Positions 25,101 to 39,004 are shown, numbered from the whole stretch's first letter. The stretch is DNA of 54,770 bases, filler included, from Basidioascus undulatus (GCA_000826855.1; 4 parts of 4 records of this genome joined end to end with filler, not necessarily neighbours in it), one strand, 5' to 3'. Numbers and translations are program-made. The notes: generated by a model from the letters alone, not told the origin.

Positions 25101-26261
25101 TCAACTACGTCGTCGCGAAGCGCCAAAGCTCACGCCGCCTCCGGCGGCGGGGCGGGCTTGACTGGAATCGGTCGCTATCATGCCCGAGTAGTCGTAGTGG
25201 AGCGGGCCCGTGTGCGGCTGGAGGTTGAGAGTGGATAAAAGCATGGTGGGCTGTTCGGGCGAGTCGTGAGAGGGGGGAGGAGGCGCAGCGCTGAACACGA
25301 CGGGCGGCGAGGCGGACGCCGGGGTACTCGCAAGCGCGGGCGGGGGAGGAGTGTATGGGGGAGCGTGTTCGAAGGAGGGAGGGGAAGCGGGATTCGGGTA
25401 GGGGGGGAGGCACTTTCGTGGCTTGGAGTCAAGCCCATGTTCTTGCAGCCGACCTCCAGGATGTCGAGGATCTCGCCGCTGATGCGGGCTCTCCGCCGGC
25501 GCTTGATCCAGAATAGCTAAGGACAGAGACGACAACCGGATCAGTTATCCCCTTCAGCTTTCTGCACCATCAAAGTGGAAGGTCGCTTACCTGAGACCAA
25601 CACACATAGCGATGAGCAGCACCGCCCCTCCCGCCACGCTCCCGCGATCGCAGCCGTCCTCCTCTTTGGAGGTGGTCGCACGTCGCAGTGGAGGCTTCGA
25701 TGGTCGCATTAATCGCTACGCCCGCCCAGGTGTTTAAGACGGTTCTCGGATTGCGAGTCCTCACCAACGGGTTGAACGTGATGGATTGTCTCGCAAGCGT
25801 GCGCGGGACCGTCCACCGCCAGGACCACTGGTCGATCTCCTCGAGTCGGTACGGAGCGTAGTCCGAAGCTATCCGCGTCTTGAAAGCTATCCGCGTCTTG
25901 AGAAAGTCTACGATGTACCGCCTTGAACTGGAAGAGGAATGCGCTGGACATGGTACATCGCCTTGCGTATGTTCAACGGCGGGGAGTGGACGCGCACAGT
26001 ACGTACTATTTGCCCTTCAGAATAACTCTCGACGCGTCCCACTCAGGAGGCTTGTTGTCGATCTACTGCGAGGTCGAGTTCCTGCAGCGGGTCAGCAAGG
26101 CTTCTCGCGGCCATGCGGATGCGGTGCGTACCTCGCGGTGGGTCGCATTGGCGTCGTGGAGGGTCACCACGGCAGCCTCGCACGGAACGGGCGAGGTAGC
26201 CATGCTCACGATGCTAAGAATGCAAGAGGGGAATAGTGAGGACGGCGGGGAGTACGAGCAT
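25101..26261 (-). pseudogene. Decayed type-I membrane protein with Pro-rich PPxY tail
   Basis: Signal-like start; TM segment AAIAG/SVAGGAVLLIAMCVGL split by a frameshift; LFWIKRRRRAR after a GTAAGC intron; LPPY/APPY tail in another frame. Confidence 0.5.
25866..25901. repeat. Perfect 18-bp tandem duplication (AAGCTATCCGCGTCTTGA x2)
   Basis: Direct inspection; lies inside the decayed membrane-protein gene. Confidence 0.95.
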
Positions 26262-27362
26262 GCGGGGCATGTAGTCTGGATGGGACTCACATGTCGGCGG
26301 CGGCGGTGTTTATCTGCGCCGCGTGTACCACGATCTATAATCACCCCAAAACGAAGAGGAGGAGGAGGTGTGATCTCCACATAAAGCTGGGGGTCATCAT
26401 GGTGTTCGGAGGAATGGACTGGAAGGCGAGGAGACGATGGTGGTGGCGATGGTGAACGGGCCAGAGCGTCGCGAAACGGGACCAACACCCGCGATTCTGT
26501 CGAACCAGTTTTCTCAGCCATTGAGATGTCAGACATCCTCAAACGAAGGGGTTTACTTACGCGAGCGAACGATGAGACATCGCTGAAGGGGAAGAGCCGG
26601 GGAGCCAGACCTTCTGCCCCTTTGTCCTTCATTTCGCTGGCCTGCAACCAGGGATACTACCTAACAGCTTTTTCGTTTTTTTGGTACAGAAAGTGTGAAG
26701 AGCCAGCGCGCAAACTACTCAAAGCGCGGTGAATTGTAAGCCTCCCTGTGCTCTGTACGGCACGCCCTGCAGTTCCCCGAAGCCAATGGCCTGCCTGACT
26801 CACCCTCTTCAAAGAGCTAAAGTTACAAATTGTGCAGCTGTGGGATATTTCAGCTAGTCCAAGAAAAACAGATGCTTGGTCCAGTCTTGCATCCATGCCA
26901 CGCCGAGTTGCAGGACGACAAAAAGTCCAGGATCTCGGGGGACAAGACCAAGACCTGAGATGTTCTTTCATCCCTCATCAATATATAGCAAGCTCTAAAA
27001 GAAGTCACATGATGTTCCCTATCAAAACGGAGCGACCTGCGCCGCCACCTGGGCTAGACAGTGTGAGGGCGGTCAGATGTGTCGTCTCAGCTCTTCGGTT
27101 CTCAACTCACAATTTTCGATATTTCCTCCAAATCTCTTGCATGATAATTCTCAAGTGACCTTGAATATACACGGTTGAGCAGTACAAGACTGAAAACAAG
27201 AAGAAACGCTGCGTCGGCCTGTCCCGACGCCCGCCGAACCTCGCGAGTTCAGGTCTGGCCGAAAGCCCAGAAACGCGGGGCCGTCTTCTCGCGTGCCCTG
27301 CCTTCTCGCTTCGCCTTCCTCTCCCCTCTTACCGCAGAAATACGCCGCGCTCGGCCTCCTCG

Positions 27363-27462
27363 NNNNNNNNNNNNNNNNNNNNNNNNNNNNNNNNNNNNNN
27401 NNNNNNTTAATTAATTAANNNNNNNNNNNNNNNNNNNNNNNNNNNNNNNNNNNNNNNNNNNN
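27363..27462. other. Assembly spacer (N44-TTAATTAATTAA-N44)
   Basis: Same linker as at 13634. Confidence 0.98.
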
Positions 27463-28010
27463 GGGAGTCACAGTCGGGCGATGTGATCCGGGGCGGTCGT
27501 TAGGGAGGGTTGGACACCCGAAGTGAGAAAGAGCAGCTAGAAGAACGGACATACCCTTCCTTTTGCGCTTTATGCCTTGCGGGGTTGCTGGCTGGGACTT
27601 CCAGCAGCTCTGCAGCACACCACGTTGAAAGCGGAACCAGAGGCTGGCTGTCTCTTTGGTGCTCCGGCTCCCGTGCTCACCTCTACGAAACTGAAACCAG
27701 AGTTGACCCTTCGGAAAATAATTTTGATGACTCTGTTATGGGCGCCCCTCAGCACGGCCGGAAACTCCTGGCCAACCCGTGAGTCCCCATCCGGCAACGG
27801 CGGCAGCCACCCTTTCAGACAGCTGCGCCGCGGCGCATTTTTGGAAACCCGCCGAGGGAAGAGGGGACCGGGGGGGGAAGGGGGGGCGCACACTTCGTAG
27901 GACGAGAAGAAGTTGCGGATGAAGTCTTCGGGGTTGTGGTACTTCTTGGGCAGGAAGAAACCGACGGGGATGCTGGTCAGCCAGAGGCGCGCGGAGGGGG
28001 TGTTGGTCAT
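27463..28010 (-). CDS. Possible RRM-like protein, 5' part truncated by contig end
   Basis: MTNTPSARLWLTSIP (RNP2-like) and GFSFVE (RNP1-like) followed by a GTGAGC donor; plausible GTGCGC-CAG intron between them. Confidence 0.3.
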
Positions 28011-29421
28011 GGTGTGAAAGCTAAGGGGGTTTGCGATCAGAAGAGAGAGTGGTGGAACTAAGATTCTGGGGTGAGATGAGACTCTGGTGATGGGCAGAAG
28101 GCAAGGCAGCGGAGCTACCGACTTCAAGTGAGGAAGCGCGGCGGGCGGAACAGCTGCATCGGCATGAATGACAAACGATAATCGCGTGCGCCGCGGTAGG
28201 GTCAAAAGGGCCTTTTTCTCATTTCATACTTGCCGAAATTGTACCCTGCCTCTTTTCAGAATTCCTCGGCATTTCAGATGACCCTCAAACAACATGCGTA
28301 TTGACATGTGTCCTGTGAGTGCCTCTTCTGTACCGCGACGCGCACAGGTATTTGTCTTGAGCACTCGGTGAGATATGGATGCATCGGGGTCAAAAAGCTT
28401 TTCATAATAGCTGGTATATGACTTTTGGAATCTGTGAAGCTCTTGATGGCCGTCCGCGGGGCCAGCGACTCACCCGACAGCCGCAATGTGTACGGCAACC
28501 TGGCGTTCGCTCGAGCCAATCCAGACGTTCAGCTTTCGTATCTTTCAGTGGCATGATAAAATGCCGGGAACTTGAAAGCCACCTGAGGGTGTGGAAGACT
28601 CAGGGTGTTCGAAGGAAGTGCTTTCAAATTCTTGGACTGCACGAGATCTCGTCGTCTCTTTAAGTGTTCCAAGCGAAGATACGGCAACAAGAATTCGGAT
28701 ACTTTATTTTGCTTTTCTTCAGAGAAGCTATGCACCTCTCTAGTCCCCAAATAACTTCTACTGCCTTAGGAGCAACTGCGCAGAGGACCTAATCGAAAGA
28801 TGGCTGCTGGTTGCATCGTTCTCAGAAGGACGAACTGCATGAGATAAGTCGTTTCAAACACACCTGGATATTCAAAATATGTCCTTCTTTTCAGGTCCGG
28901 TCCCTAGGAACGGGACGCTGCGCTCAAGACTGAGCGAAAAGCGTGGCCATGTCTTTCGAGGTACTTCGTTCGTTGACCTTGTGAACAGAGGAGAGACTTC
29001 CTGCTGAGAATTCCTACAAAAAGCTGGGAAGTATACAGTCTCAGTGAAACAGAAACCGGAAAGGCATTGTGAGCCGCACGCACGCGGGCAAGATCGGTGA
29101 GCAGCCGACTGAAACTGCCACTGCACATGAATTTGGTGAAGGCGATAAAGTTGCATGGGCATGTTTGGTCGATGGTATTACAACAACCATTCGGTTAATA
29201 AGCTGGGAGTGGAGTCTGGGTGTGCCTGCTAAGTTCGTGCATGCCTGGCATTGGCTGGCATGGAGGAGAAACGGCCACAAACTAGAAGTCCTTATTATCG
29301 GAGGGGGATAAGTCTCTTTGAAATGAATGGCTCGTTCTCTTCATGCATGTCATGTTCGAGACAAGATGTTGGGCAGCACGCGAGGGGAGTCGCACATCCC
29401 TCCTTCCTTCTCAAGCCCATC

Positions 29422-30200
29422 ATGTCCTCAATCTCGCAAAACCCTCCATCGCTCACGACCCTGCCCGGAGACCGTCGGACGGTGCTTCCAGTTCTTTCCG
29501 ATCTCCGACCTTCTCACCTTGTCGGGCACTTCGAAGCCGCTTCATGCGCTCTCCGCCCCGGCGCTCTACTCGGACGTCCACTTCAATGTGACTTCGCACG
29601 GCCCGGCCTTCCCGCCCGCTTATGAAGCACACATTCGAAACCTCGTACTCCATGCCGACCAGTTTAAGCTTGGCACCACCAAGCCGCTTTTGACCGGCGC
29701 CTTCATGACAAGCGCCGCCACGCGGGAGCAGAAGCAGGTCGTGATCGCAAACTTCGAACGGTGGCGTCGCACTTCTCGAGCATCTCGCTGCCGGCGGGCG
29801 TACCCTCCGAAGCGTACGGGTAGACGAGGATATACTAGACGCTCAGGACGTTGATCCGTCAGGCTCATCAATGCCTTGTTGAATGAACTTGCCGCGCCTC
29901 GCGCACCTTGATTGGGACGTCGAGCTGTCGCAGCTCTATGGGATCCAGTGGCCTCCCGACCCGGATGCGGCGCCGGCGCTCGCTCATCTCGAGTCAATTT
30001 CTGTCAAGGACAAACTGCGCACGATGGTGCCATTTATCGCGTTATCCGTCAAGCGCTCCATCATCGCCTCTTCAGGCTCGCTCCGCACTCTGCGCATGTC
30101 TTCCCGTGCTTTCCAGGAATGTCATCCAGCGTGGTGACTACAGCAGACCGTAGAGCAGTGAATGTCTATCGTCCGTGTCCGAGATGTCAATCTAATCTAC
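29422..30200 (+). pseudogene. F-box/LRR protein, frameshifted and 3'-truncated
   Basis: MSSISQNPPSLTTLP then a frame shift to PETVGRCFQFFPISDLLTLSGTSKPLHALSAPALY; later LPRLAHLDW and SLRTLRM LRR-like blocks; runs directly into the convergent FMO stop codon. Confidence 0.6.
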
Positions 30201-32274
30201 TCAGTACCCAAGCTCTCTCCTCCGACTGTCTAACGCCTGCGCACGAAGGTCTCTCTTCCACTGCGGCGTCTTGCTCCACGGCGCCTTCTCCTTTCCGACC
30301 GGTGTGCCATGCTCCTCCCCGCCTTCGCCGATGAGCCGGAGGAGCTCGTCAGCCACGTCAAACTCCGCGGGTGGGTCGAGATAGTGCGTTCGCTTGACAA
30401 CGTCCTCCTCCGCCGTACCCTCATGTTCGTCTGCCTGCGGTTGCTTGGGAGGCTCGAGCAGGCCCGCAGGTATGGGGGCAGAGGGCGGAAAGGCGAAGAG
30501 GTATGCTGCGACCTGTACACGGAAAAGGATGAGAAATATGTTGTCCGATGATGTGAGACAGAAAGCGAGCACCTACACGCGCTTGAGTCTCCCACAACGG
30601 GAACGGCGCAATCATCTGAGCTGTAAAGAAGAATGACGAGAGCGATTAGCTCAAACCTGCGGGGCAAAGTCCGAAAAGGCCACAGAAAGCGTACGAAGTC
30701 CGATAAAGGTGAGCGTTGGGTCGGGGCGGTAGAACAAATGATGCTTGGACAGGTTGTCTACGAACAAGCCCTGGGCGTCCGGGCGAGCAACGACGGTCGA
30801 CTCGGGCACTGTGCCCGGCTCCGCACGCTGTGTGCTCGGAACAGAGCGGATGACGGGGTGCGAGTCGAAGGGCGGGTCGAATGCGCGCAGGAAAGGGTAC
30901 GAGAAACGGTCTGTGCACCAAAGTCAGCGCGGCTCGCCATAAGAAACGGCATCAGGGCACTCACATCCAGTGGCAAAGATGATAGCGTCTACGCCCTCGA
31001 CCTTCTCCCCAGACTTGAACGAAATCGTGCGCCCGACAACTTCCACGATCTCCCCGCGCTTCTCGATCTCGTCGAGGTACTTCGGCGCGGGGCGGTCGTT
31101 CCACGGCGGAGGGTCGTGCCGGAGCGCCTGAACGATGCGCGCTCGCGGAAGCCGCGAGGGGTCGGTCGAGGCGGGGAGGTAGGGCGAAGGGAAAGGATTC
31201 GAAGGCGCCGGAGAAGCGGGGACGTTGAGCCACGCGAGCTCGCGGACGAGGTCTGACCCGGACGCGTGCGAGCCGACGACTACCACAGTCTGTGAAGGCA
31301 AACGTTAGACCTCTTTTTCGCTGGCCGACAGTATGCTGAATGCGCTTACCTTTCCCCGGTACTTCTCCGGGCCGCGCCACCACCGCGCGTGTGTCACCTC
31401 TCCTTCGAAGTCCCACAGACCAGAAACGAACGGGAAATGAGGCGTCGCGAAATGCCTGTCCGCTTGGATCAGTCAGCATTTCAGTCCGAATCGAGCTGTA
31501 CAATGCCAGCGATGACTCAACCCAGTGGCAACCGCAACAGCATCGAATGTCTCCTCGCGACTCACGCCGTCTGCACCGGCCGACTCGACGAGCCAGCGCT
31601 GCCGCCCCCGAGGAGCTCCTTCGGCGGCAGCGGAGTGCCGCACGCGGGTGACGCGCGTGTGGAAGCGGATCAGAGAGATAAGGTCGTGTTTGGCCGCGTA
31701 GTTCTCCAGGTAAGCGAGGATTGTACCTGCCGCGCAAAAGGTCACCAACCGCAAGTAGCATAGGACGGATTGGCGGACCACTTACAATGAGGCGGATAGG
31801 GAGAGGTTCCGGGAGGGTAAGGCTCGCCACGGAACGTCATGAGGTCCTGATGGAAGCAGTCAGAAAACGTCTCCAAGGACTCGATTCCAGGCTGCCGACA
31901 CACCTTATGCAGGTTGGTCTTCAGCGTCGGATAGACCGGGCTGGGCGGGACCTCCTCCTCTTTCGGCACATCGCCCTTGACCCAAACGTTGGCGGCCTGC
32001 GCGCGGCCCTCTTCGTCGAAGCGGGTCTGTGGCACGCCAGCATCCTCCTCGTAGTTCCTGGGATCGTGAATGTGGCAAAGCGCGATGAGCGTTCGACATG
32101 AACGGATGCGTAGCTAGGAGTGACTGACCAGATACCTCCCACGTTCCTGCGCACTTCGAAGACGACAATCTCGGCATCAGGCGTGCGGTCGCGCTGCTGC
32201 TTCGCCATGGCGAGGCCGCCGATGCCAGCCCCGATCACGGCTACACGCAGGCGCTCGGGCTCAACGGATCCCAT
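30201..32274 (-). CDS. Flavin-containing monooxygenase (class B FMO, Fmo1-like), multi-exon
   Basis: FAD motif VAVIGAGIGG, GGIWNY, YPTLKTN, DAVAVATG/H, FMO fingerprint FEGEVTHARWW, NADPH motif VVVVGSHASGSD, DAIIFATG, PFPLWETQA. Introns checked are phase-consistent. Confidence 0.92.
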
Positions 32275-33314
32275 GATCGATCGAAGGTGAAATGAGCGAT
32301 GTGAGGCAAGGCGAGTGAGGAAAGATGCCAATTTGTCAGGTTCAGCGAGGAGTATGAGCACCACAGGATGAAAGAAGAACTCGAGCTCGGCGTTTCTCAT
32401 TTGAGCCGGCTGTGGGCCATGACGTACTCAGCGTTTTTCACGGCGATCTTTGGTGACTCTTCGGGCTGCTTCGCATACCTCTTGTCAAACACAGCTAATC
32501 GATGTTCGAGTCTGTATCGCCTTGTATCGCCTCAGCAGAAACAGCATTGAGTTACGGTACTTGCAGTTGTACCACGGCCATTCACCGGATCCCCGATGTG
32601 TCGACTTCGAGTCGACCTGCTCGACAGCTTCATCTCTCCGTGCCGCCGGCGCTGGACCTTGTCTTGTCGCTTAAAGATTTTGGGTATGGCCTGTTGAGTT
32701 TCCTGCTGCTTCCCCGGCAAGACGTCTCGTGAAGAACTCCGAAAGCTAACTTTGGCTGAGTTGCAAGTCAAATGGGCGCAGGCAGTCACCTCACCGAAAC
32801 AGTCGGCCTGAAGCGACTTCCAGCATATGTGCATGTAGCCATCAAGAGAGCGAAGGCCGTAGCCCATGATATTGTCCTCCCGCTTGATTCGTTGCCGGCA
32901 TGGGAAACATTTGGTATACATGGCTGAATCTGCGCCAGCTCCGATGCCCCAGTGCGGCTGCTTGCGCCAACCATGTTCGCCGCCGGCGCTCTAGACTGCG
33001 CTTGGATCCGTAGTACCACGCCCAGTGAAAACTGGATAAGCGACTGAAAGCGGCTATTCTGAACCCCCCCCGGTCCACGAGGCGATGGGGCTTGAAGCAG
33101 AGAGCGGCACGTCGCTCGTCTCATCCATCGACGCCCAGCTCAAGCATGTTCCAGTGTCCATCTAGGAATGGATACGGGGGTGTTGCAAGTGTCCAAAGGT
33201 ATCGCCCTCCTCCCCCGTCTTCCCCTTCTCCCCCCCTGCATACCGTTCTCTTCTCCCCTCTATTCTTCTACCATTGTCCCTCTACCCCAGTCTTTCCTCC
33301 ATGCGATTTCATCC

Positions 33315-34791
33315 CTATCGCACGCGGTCGAGCACCTTCGAACAGAGGCCCTCGAGCGCAACCCGCGCGTCGCTCTCGGGCAGGACCTGCAGAGCCTGGC
33401 GCGCCCGGTCGGCGTGCTGCGCAGCGAGCTCGGCGGTACGCTGCATGCCGGACGAGCGCGCGACGAGGTCCTTGGCCTGGTGTGTTAAATTGCGTCAGAT
33501 GGCCGCAAAATGTTAGGGATGTGGAGAACGAGAGAAGGGGAGAAGGGGAAGAGGTCGATGGGAGGGTAAGGAAAGTGACGGACCAGTTCGACGTCGCCGG
33601 GTTGAGAGAAGCGACGACCGATGAGCGGGCCGAGCTCGTGATGCTCTTCCCATGCGTACAGCGCGGGCGCGGTCGCCAGGCCGAGCTGGAGGTCTGCGCC
33701 GGATGCGGGCTTGCCGAGGGTGGAAGGCGTGGAAGAAAAGTCGAGGAGGTCGTCTACCAGCTGCAGAAGGATGATCCATGAACTGTCAGTCAAGAGGTGC
33801 AGACGCGAGAGAAGGAGAAGCGACGCACCTGGAAAGCAATCCCAAGATTCCGCCCGTACCCGTACGCAGCATCCATGATCTGCTCGCCCTCGACCCAGCC
33901 CTGCCTCTTCCCGCACCCGCCCAGGATCGCCGCCGCCCTTGCGCTCTTGGCCATCAAGCTCGCGGTCTTGAGGTACGTCTTGCTGAGGTACCGCTCAAAG
34001 CCCTCCTTCGTGGGCGTCGTGTCCGGGTTGCTCGTCGCGCGCAGCTGGGCGACCTCGCCCTCGACGAGGTTTGCGATCACCGTCGCGAGGAGCTCGACGA
34101 CCTCGGTCGAGCCGAGGCGCGCGAGGAAGACGGACGCGCGCCCGAGGAGGAAGTCGCCCGCGAGGATGGAAAGCTTGTTGCCGAACGCGGCGGGGGCGGA
34201 GGGCGCCGAGCGCCGCGTGGGGGACTCGTCGATAACGTCGTCGTGCAGCAGCGAGGCGACGTGGATCATTTCTGTGATTTCGGCAAGGCGGCGCTGGGTC
34301 GGGAGGACGCGCGACTCGGGGTCGGGCACACTCGGCGTGCTCCGCCCCGCGAGGGAGGGGTTGGAGTCGTTCAATATCCCCTCCGGCGCGAGCGGCTCCT
34401 CCCCCCCTGCCCATTCCTCCGCGCCCTCGCCTGCCTTCCCCCAGAGCGGGCTGAGCCCCGCCGTCGCCTGGCTCATGAGCAGCACGATGAGCGGGCGGAG
34501 GTGCTTCCCCTCTGCCTGGAAGTAGTACTTCGCGACGGTGTCGAGCGAGGGGTGCCCCGAGCCGAGGAGGACCTGGATGTTGGAGAGGAGGGAGCGCAGT
34601 TCGCCCCCGACGAGCCGGAAGGGGTCCAGCGCGATGGGAGAGGTGGACCGGTGCGCGGTCGCGGCGCGCGCGAGGGACGCTGCGGCCGTCCAGGAGGAGC
34701 GGGAGAGGGCGGGGTGGGCGGAGGTGGAGAGGAGGGGAAGGAGGTCCGAGGGAAGCCGTCGGGCGGCGGCCGCTGATCGGGTCGAGAGCAT
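33315..34791 (-). CDS. COQ1: Trans-polyprenyl diphosphate synthase (ubiquinone side chain), 3 exons
   Basis: GKHLRP, EMIHVASLLHDDVID (FARM), GNKLSILAGDFLL, YLKTASL, GIAFQ/LVDDLLD (SARM); mitochondrial presequence-like N-terminus; ends VLDRVR*. Confidence 0.95.
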
Positions 34792-35574
34792 GGTGGGCGC
34801 AATGCGGAAGTGAGAAAGATGGTGCGAGACACCGGAAGGTGGGAGAGTTGGAGCGAGAGGGGTGACTGAGCGAAGAGAGAAGACGCAGATCGCGATCGGT
34901 CAGCCCCGGCTTTGGCGATTGAGAGCGTTATTGGTCCAGATGATCCAACGAGGCATTAAATCCGTATCCTTCACATGCACAGCATGCCCGACCATTTGCC
35001 GCCCAGTAAGATCTAGGAAGAGTGCGAGCTCACCTCGGGGAATATTAAGAGAAGAAGAGACGACGACCCAGCGATCCCGTGCCCAGCTCCACCACGGCGT
35101 ATGGTCCTAGCGAGCTGCACACAGAATCGGCGCTCAAAATCAGTACATGCACAGCTATCCAAATGTATTCCATGAGAGTCCTCACCGACTGGAGGAAAGG
35201 GAAGGAACCGAGAGCGAGAATGCCCTGCAATGACGGCAATTGAAAGAGGCGATCGCCGGGCGAGGGAAGGCAGCCTGAGCTTGTCCTTCCCGAAATGGAA
35301 TCCCTGGACCGAAAGGGGGCTCCTATCCGCGGATGATCCTCATGCCACCCGGCACCCCCGCTTCAAGCAACCTCGAGTGTGGGCACCGACCCCCTGAGCC
35401 GAATCCATCATCCATCACACTGCACATCGACATCGCATCCGCATTCTACATCCTTACACGTGTATTCTCCCAAATCTCGTAATTTGAACAACCACATTCC
35501 ACTCTCACTCGATCGCCCGAACTCTCAACCACCTCCGACATCTCTCCCGCTCCTCCCGATCCAGCTAACCCGTC

Positions 35575-37151
35575 ATGGCGGACATGCTCTTCTTCAACGC
35601 GAGTCCTCCATGCTCTCTGCTTGAGCTCTTATTGGCTCGGGAATCTCACATCTGGATGGGTGGACGCTGTAGATCGATGCGGGGTACCTCGAGGGCGTAG
35701 TGCGCGGGTACAAGGGCGCCATCCTCCCCCAGTCCGTGTACCACAACCTGCAGCAGTGCGAGACGCTCGAGGGTGAGTATTCCCTTCAGTTGTACGGGGG
35801 TGCTTCTGAGAAGAATAGACTGATGTGGCTCCGGCGGGTCCGCAGACTTTCGCATGCAGCTCAGCGCGACCGACTACGGCAACTTCTTGGCGAACGAACC
35901 GCTGCCGCTGGTGCGTCTTCCCTGAGCTGGACTGTGGAGTCTTTTGGGCGCGATTTTCTGAGAGGGGATGGTGGCATCCTGGTTTACAGAGCACATCCAC
36001 TATCGCGGAGAAGGCGACCCAACGGCTGGTGGACGAGTTCGAGTACCTGCGAGCCAACGCCGTCGAGCCGCTTTCGACTTTCCTCGACTACATCACGTCC
36101 GTCCCTCTTCTTGAGCTCAGTTCAAGATACTTAATTGGGATGGCGGGGAAACAGCTACGCTTACATGATCGACAACGTGGTCCTGCTCATCACCGGCACG
36201 CTGCACGAGCGCGACACGCACGAGCTCCTCGAGCGGTGCCACCCTCTCGGCGTGTTCGACACAATGCCCGCTCTGTGCGTCGCTACGAATGTGGAGGAGC
36301 TCTACCACTCTGTGCTAGTCGAGACGCCTCTGGGTGAGCCCTATCGCCGTCCTCACATCGTTTTCCCCGTCGGCTGATCGCGCCTCTGCTTCCTTCCCGC
36401 ACAGCACCCTACTTCCGCGAGTGCCTCTCCGCCTCGGACCTCGACGACCTGAACATCGAGATCATCCGCAACACTTTGTACAAAGCGTACCTGGAGGACT
36501 TCTACCGTTTCTCGCAGACGCTCGGCGAGCCGACCGCTTCGATCATGTCGCGGCTCCTCGCGTTCGAGGCCGACCGGAGGAGCATCAACATCACGATTAA
36601 CTCGTTCGGGACGGAGCTCTCGAAGGAGCAGCGCGCGCGGCTCTTCCCGACGATCGGCCGGCTCTACCCGGAGGGGGACAACCAGCTCGCGCGCGCGGAC
36701 GACATTGAGCAGGTCCGCCAAGCCGTCGAGGTCATCCCCGAGTACGCGGCATTCTTCGAGTCCGCTTCCGGCGGCGGCCAAGGCGGTGGGCAGGGACAGG
36801 GCGTCGATGTGCAGGAGCTAGAGGAGAGGTTCTTTGAGTACGAGGTCCGCTTGAACAAGGAGACGTTCTTGCAGCAGTTCAACTACGCCCCGTTCTACTC
36901 GTTCGTCAAGCTCAAGGAGCAGGAGGTCAGGAATATCGTCTGGATCAGCGAGTGCATCGGTGCGTCGGGATGCGACGATGCTTCCCTTTGCGAGGAGGGG
37001 ACTGTCGCTGACAACCCGTTTCTTCACCTTCCCCGCGCACAGCACAAAATGCCAAGGACCGCATTGGTACGTCCTCCCCCAGTGCATCCTTCTACTCGCG
37101 CTTGGCTAACGTGTTCCTTCTTCCACAGGCGACATCGTCCCGATCTTCTAG
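35575..37151 (+). CDS. VMA6: V-ATPase V0 subunit d, multi-exon; first intron GC-AG
   Basis: [22 protein letters not shown]...[78 protein letters not shown]...VPIF*. Confidence 0.97.
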
Positions 37152-37698
37152 TTCCTCACCTCTTCCCCATCTCTACTCTAATTTCTCCTCGTCCCCTCCG
37201 CCTCTGTATTTTTCGGCCGCGTAGCAACGCACATATACCAGACGTAAACCTGTGATCGGTTGCGTTAGTGTGCCGTGCTCAATGGCCAGCGAGCGGAGCA
37301 CCCGCCGTGGAGACTAGCGGATGCAGCACCAGTCGTTGCTCCCCGGCACCGTGTTAACCTTGTCTCAGCTTCAAAATCTGCTGGGCATTGTCTACCCTTA
37401 GTGTGGCCTTTGTCCCAGCCCCGGTTGTCATGTCGTGTCGTGTTGTGTTCGAGTGCTGTTCGGTTGTACAGCCGCCGGTGTGGTTGAAATAGTCACTGAG
37501 CCAGCTCTCAGCATGTATGCGCTTTCTCCCAAACCTTTTCTCTAGTACTCATAAGGTACTCTTATCACTTTAATCATTCCATGGACCGAAGCAAGAACGA
37601 GCCGCCGTTGAGAACCACACCCCGCAGTTACTCTCCGTTACCTCAGTCGTCTTGAGATCCATGCCAAAGCGACCTGTCAAAGCTCGACATTTTGAAAG

Positions 37699-38610
37699 CT
37701 ACTTCATGAAAGAGTCTCCAGGAGCGTCCCAAAACTTCCCTTCGGCCGCCCAGTGCACTATGGACCGCTCGACGTCGCTATCAGCCCCATTGCTTGCGTT
37801 CACCCTGACGGGCTCGAGCTGGAGAGTGACATCGGTCCCGCAGATGCTCGGGAGCCAACTTTGTACCCTGATCTTGAAAGCTTTGATGAGGTCCTAGGCC
37901 GGTGTCTGGTGGAAGTAGGCCTGCTGAACGATTGTCGCCCGCTCAAGCTTCGGATGGGGGCGATGAGAAAGTCGAAGAACGGCTGCCACAGCAGCGCGGA
38001 GGGAAGAATATTGCGCTTGTGAGGAATGGCCAGGTGTTTGAGACCGGTGAGGTTATGAATTTCATCCATAGTCTCAGGAGCGGCGTTCCAGATGCTCGCA
38101 CACAGTCGGCGCAGCGAGGGGTTGTCTCCGCCATGAGTGCACGGGCGTCTAGGATCGGCGCGATGAGCTCTTCGAGTCGGGGGAAGGTCATACGCGCTCG
38201 GCCACATAGGCCTTAGTATAGAGATAGAAGTAGAACCGGTCCACCACTAGACGTCGTACGGCCTCATGCACGCATTCGAGAACGTCACCAAACGCCTGCT
38301 GGTCCAGGCGATTGGTCGACGGGGCCCAACTGGACGGACAGATGGTGAAGGCGATCCCGCTGACGGCTTTGGCGTTATCAGGGAGAGACCTGAGGGTTCC
38401 CGCAAGTGCGATAATGCGGTGATCTGAATGTACCACGATCGAGGTGTAGAGCATGCGCGAAGCGATGGCGTACAGCGAGCGAGACACGAGGCAGCAGCTG
38501 GCGAGGGTGTCCCAGTCGCTGAAGTAGGACAGAGGAGATGCAGGACGTGCAGAGATTTCGATGATATACTCGATGATTTCGAGAGGCAGCGAAGGCGAGC
38601 GCAAAGCCAT
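37699..38610 (-). pseudogene. F-box-like/LRR protein, frameshifted
   Basis: SLPLEIIEYII...TLASCCLVSRSLYAIASRMLY; continuation FPRLEEL, NPSLRRL and LTGLKHLAI lies in shifted frames (~38190, ~38125); C-terminal AAEGKFWD. Confidence 0.65.
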
Positions 38611-39004
38611 GGCATGAAAGGGCGGGGTATGGCGTTTGGATGGATGTGCAAGTCGAAGGAAGAAAGTGGCCAGGTGCAGGCTCTTCAAATTGTTGTGGCA
38701 GAGAAATTCACGGCAGGGTTCCATTTCGTATCCGTAATTGTTCCACTGCTCCACTGAGGATCACGCAGATTTACGATCGTTGTCGGATCTGTCAAGTCCA
38801 CGTACTGCGGACAAACTCACCGTACTGATTTGAACAGTAGTCGCACACGTCTTTATGGGGAACTGCAGAAAACACAGAAATTTTTCAAGTCGGCATCTGA
38901 CCAAATTGTGAAGAATGAAACGTGTGCGGTCTTGTTCCACCCTGCGAGATCCGCGTTTGGCCTTGTACCATCACACCTTCTTGCCATCCGCCCGCCAACA
39001 CAGC

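Noticed and set aside
33778..34776. 332-aa ORF antisense to COQ1
   Set aside because: Same shadow effect; it mirrors the COQ1 exon.
30201..34791. FMO next to COQ1 as a possible ubiquinone or terpenoid cluster
   Set aside because: The FMO is class B (Fmo1-like), not the class A Coq6/UbiH type, and no other pathway genes are adjacent.
35250..35370. GC-rich stretch in the COQ1-VMA6 spacer, considered as RNase MRP/P RNA or a TPP riboswitch
   Set aside because: Conserved P4 or TPP aptamer motifs are not present with correct spacing; an Rfam cmscan would settle it.
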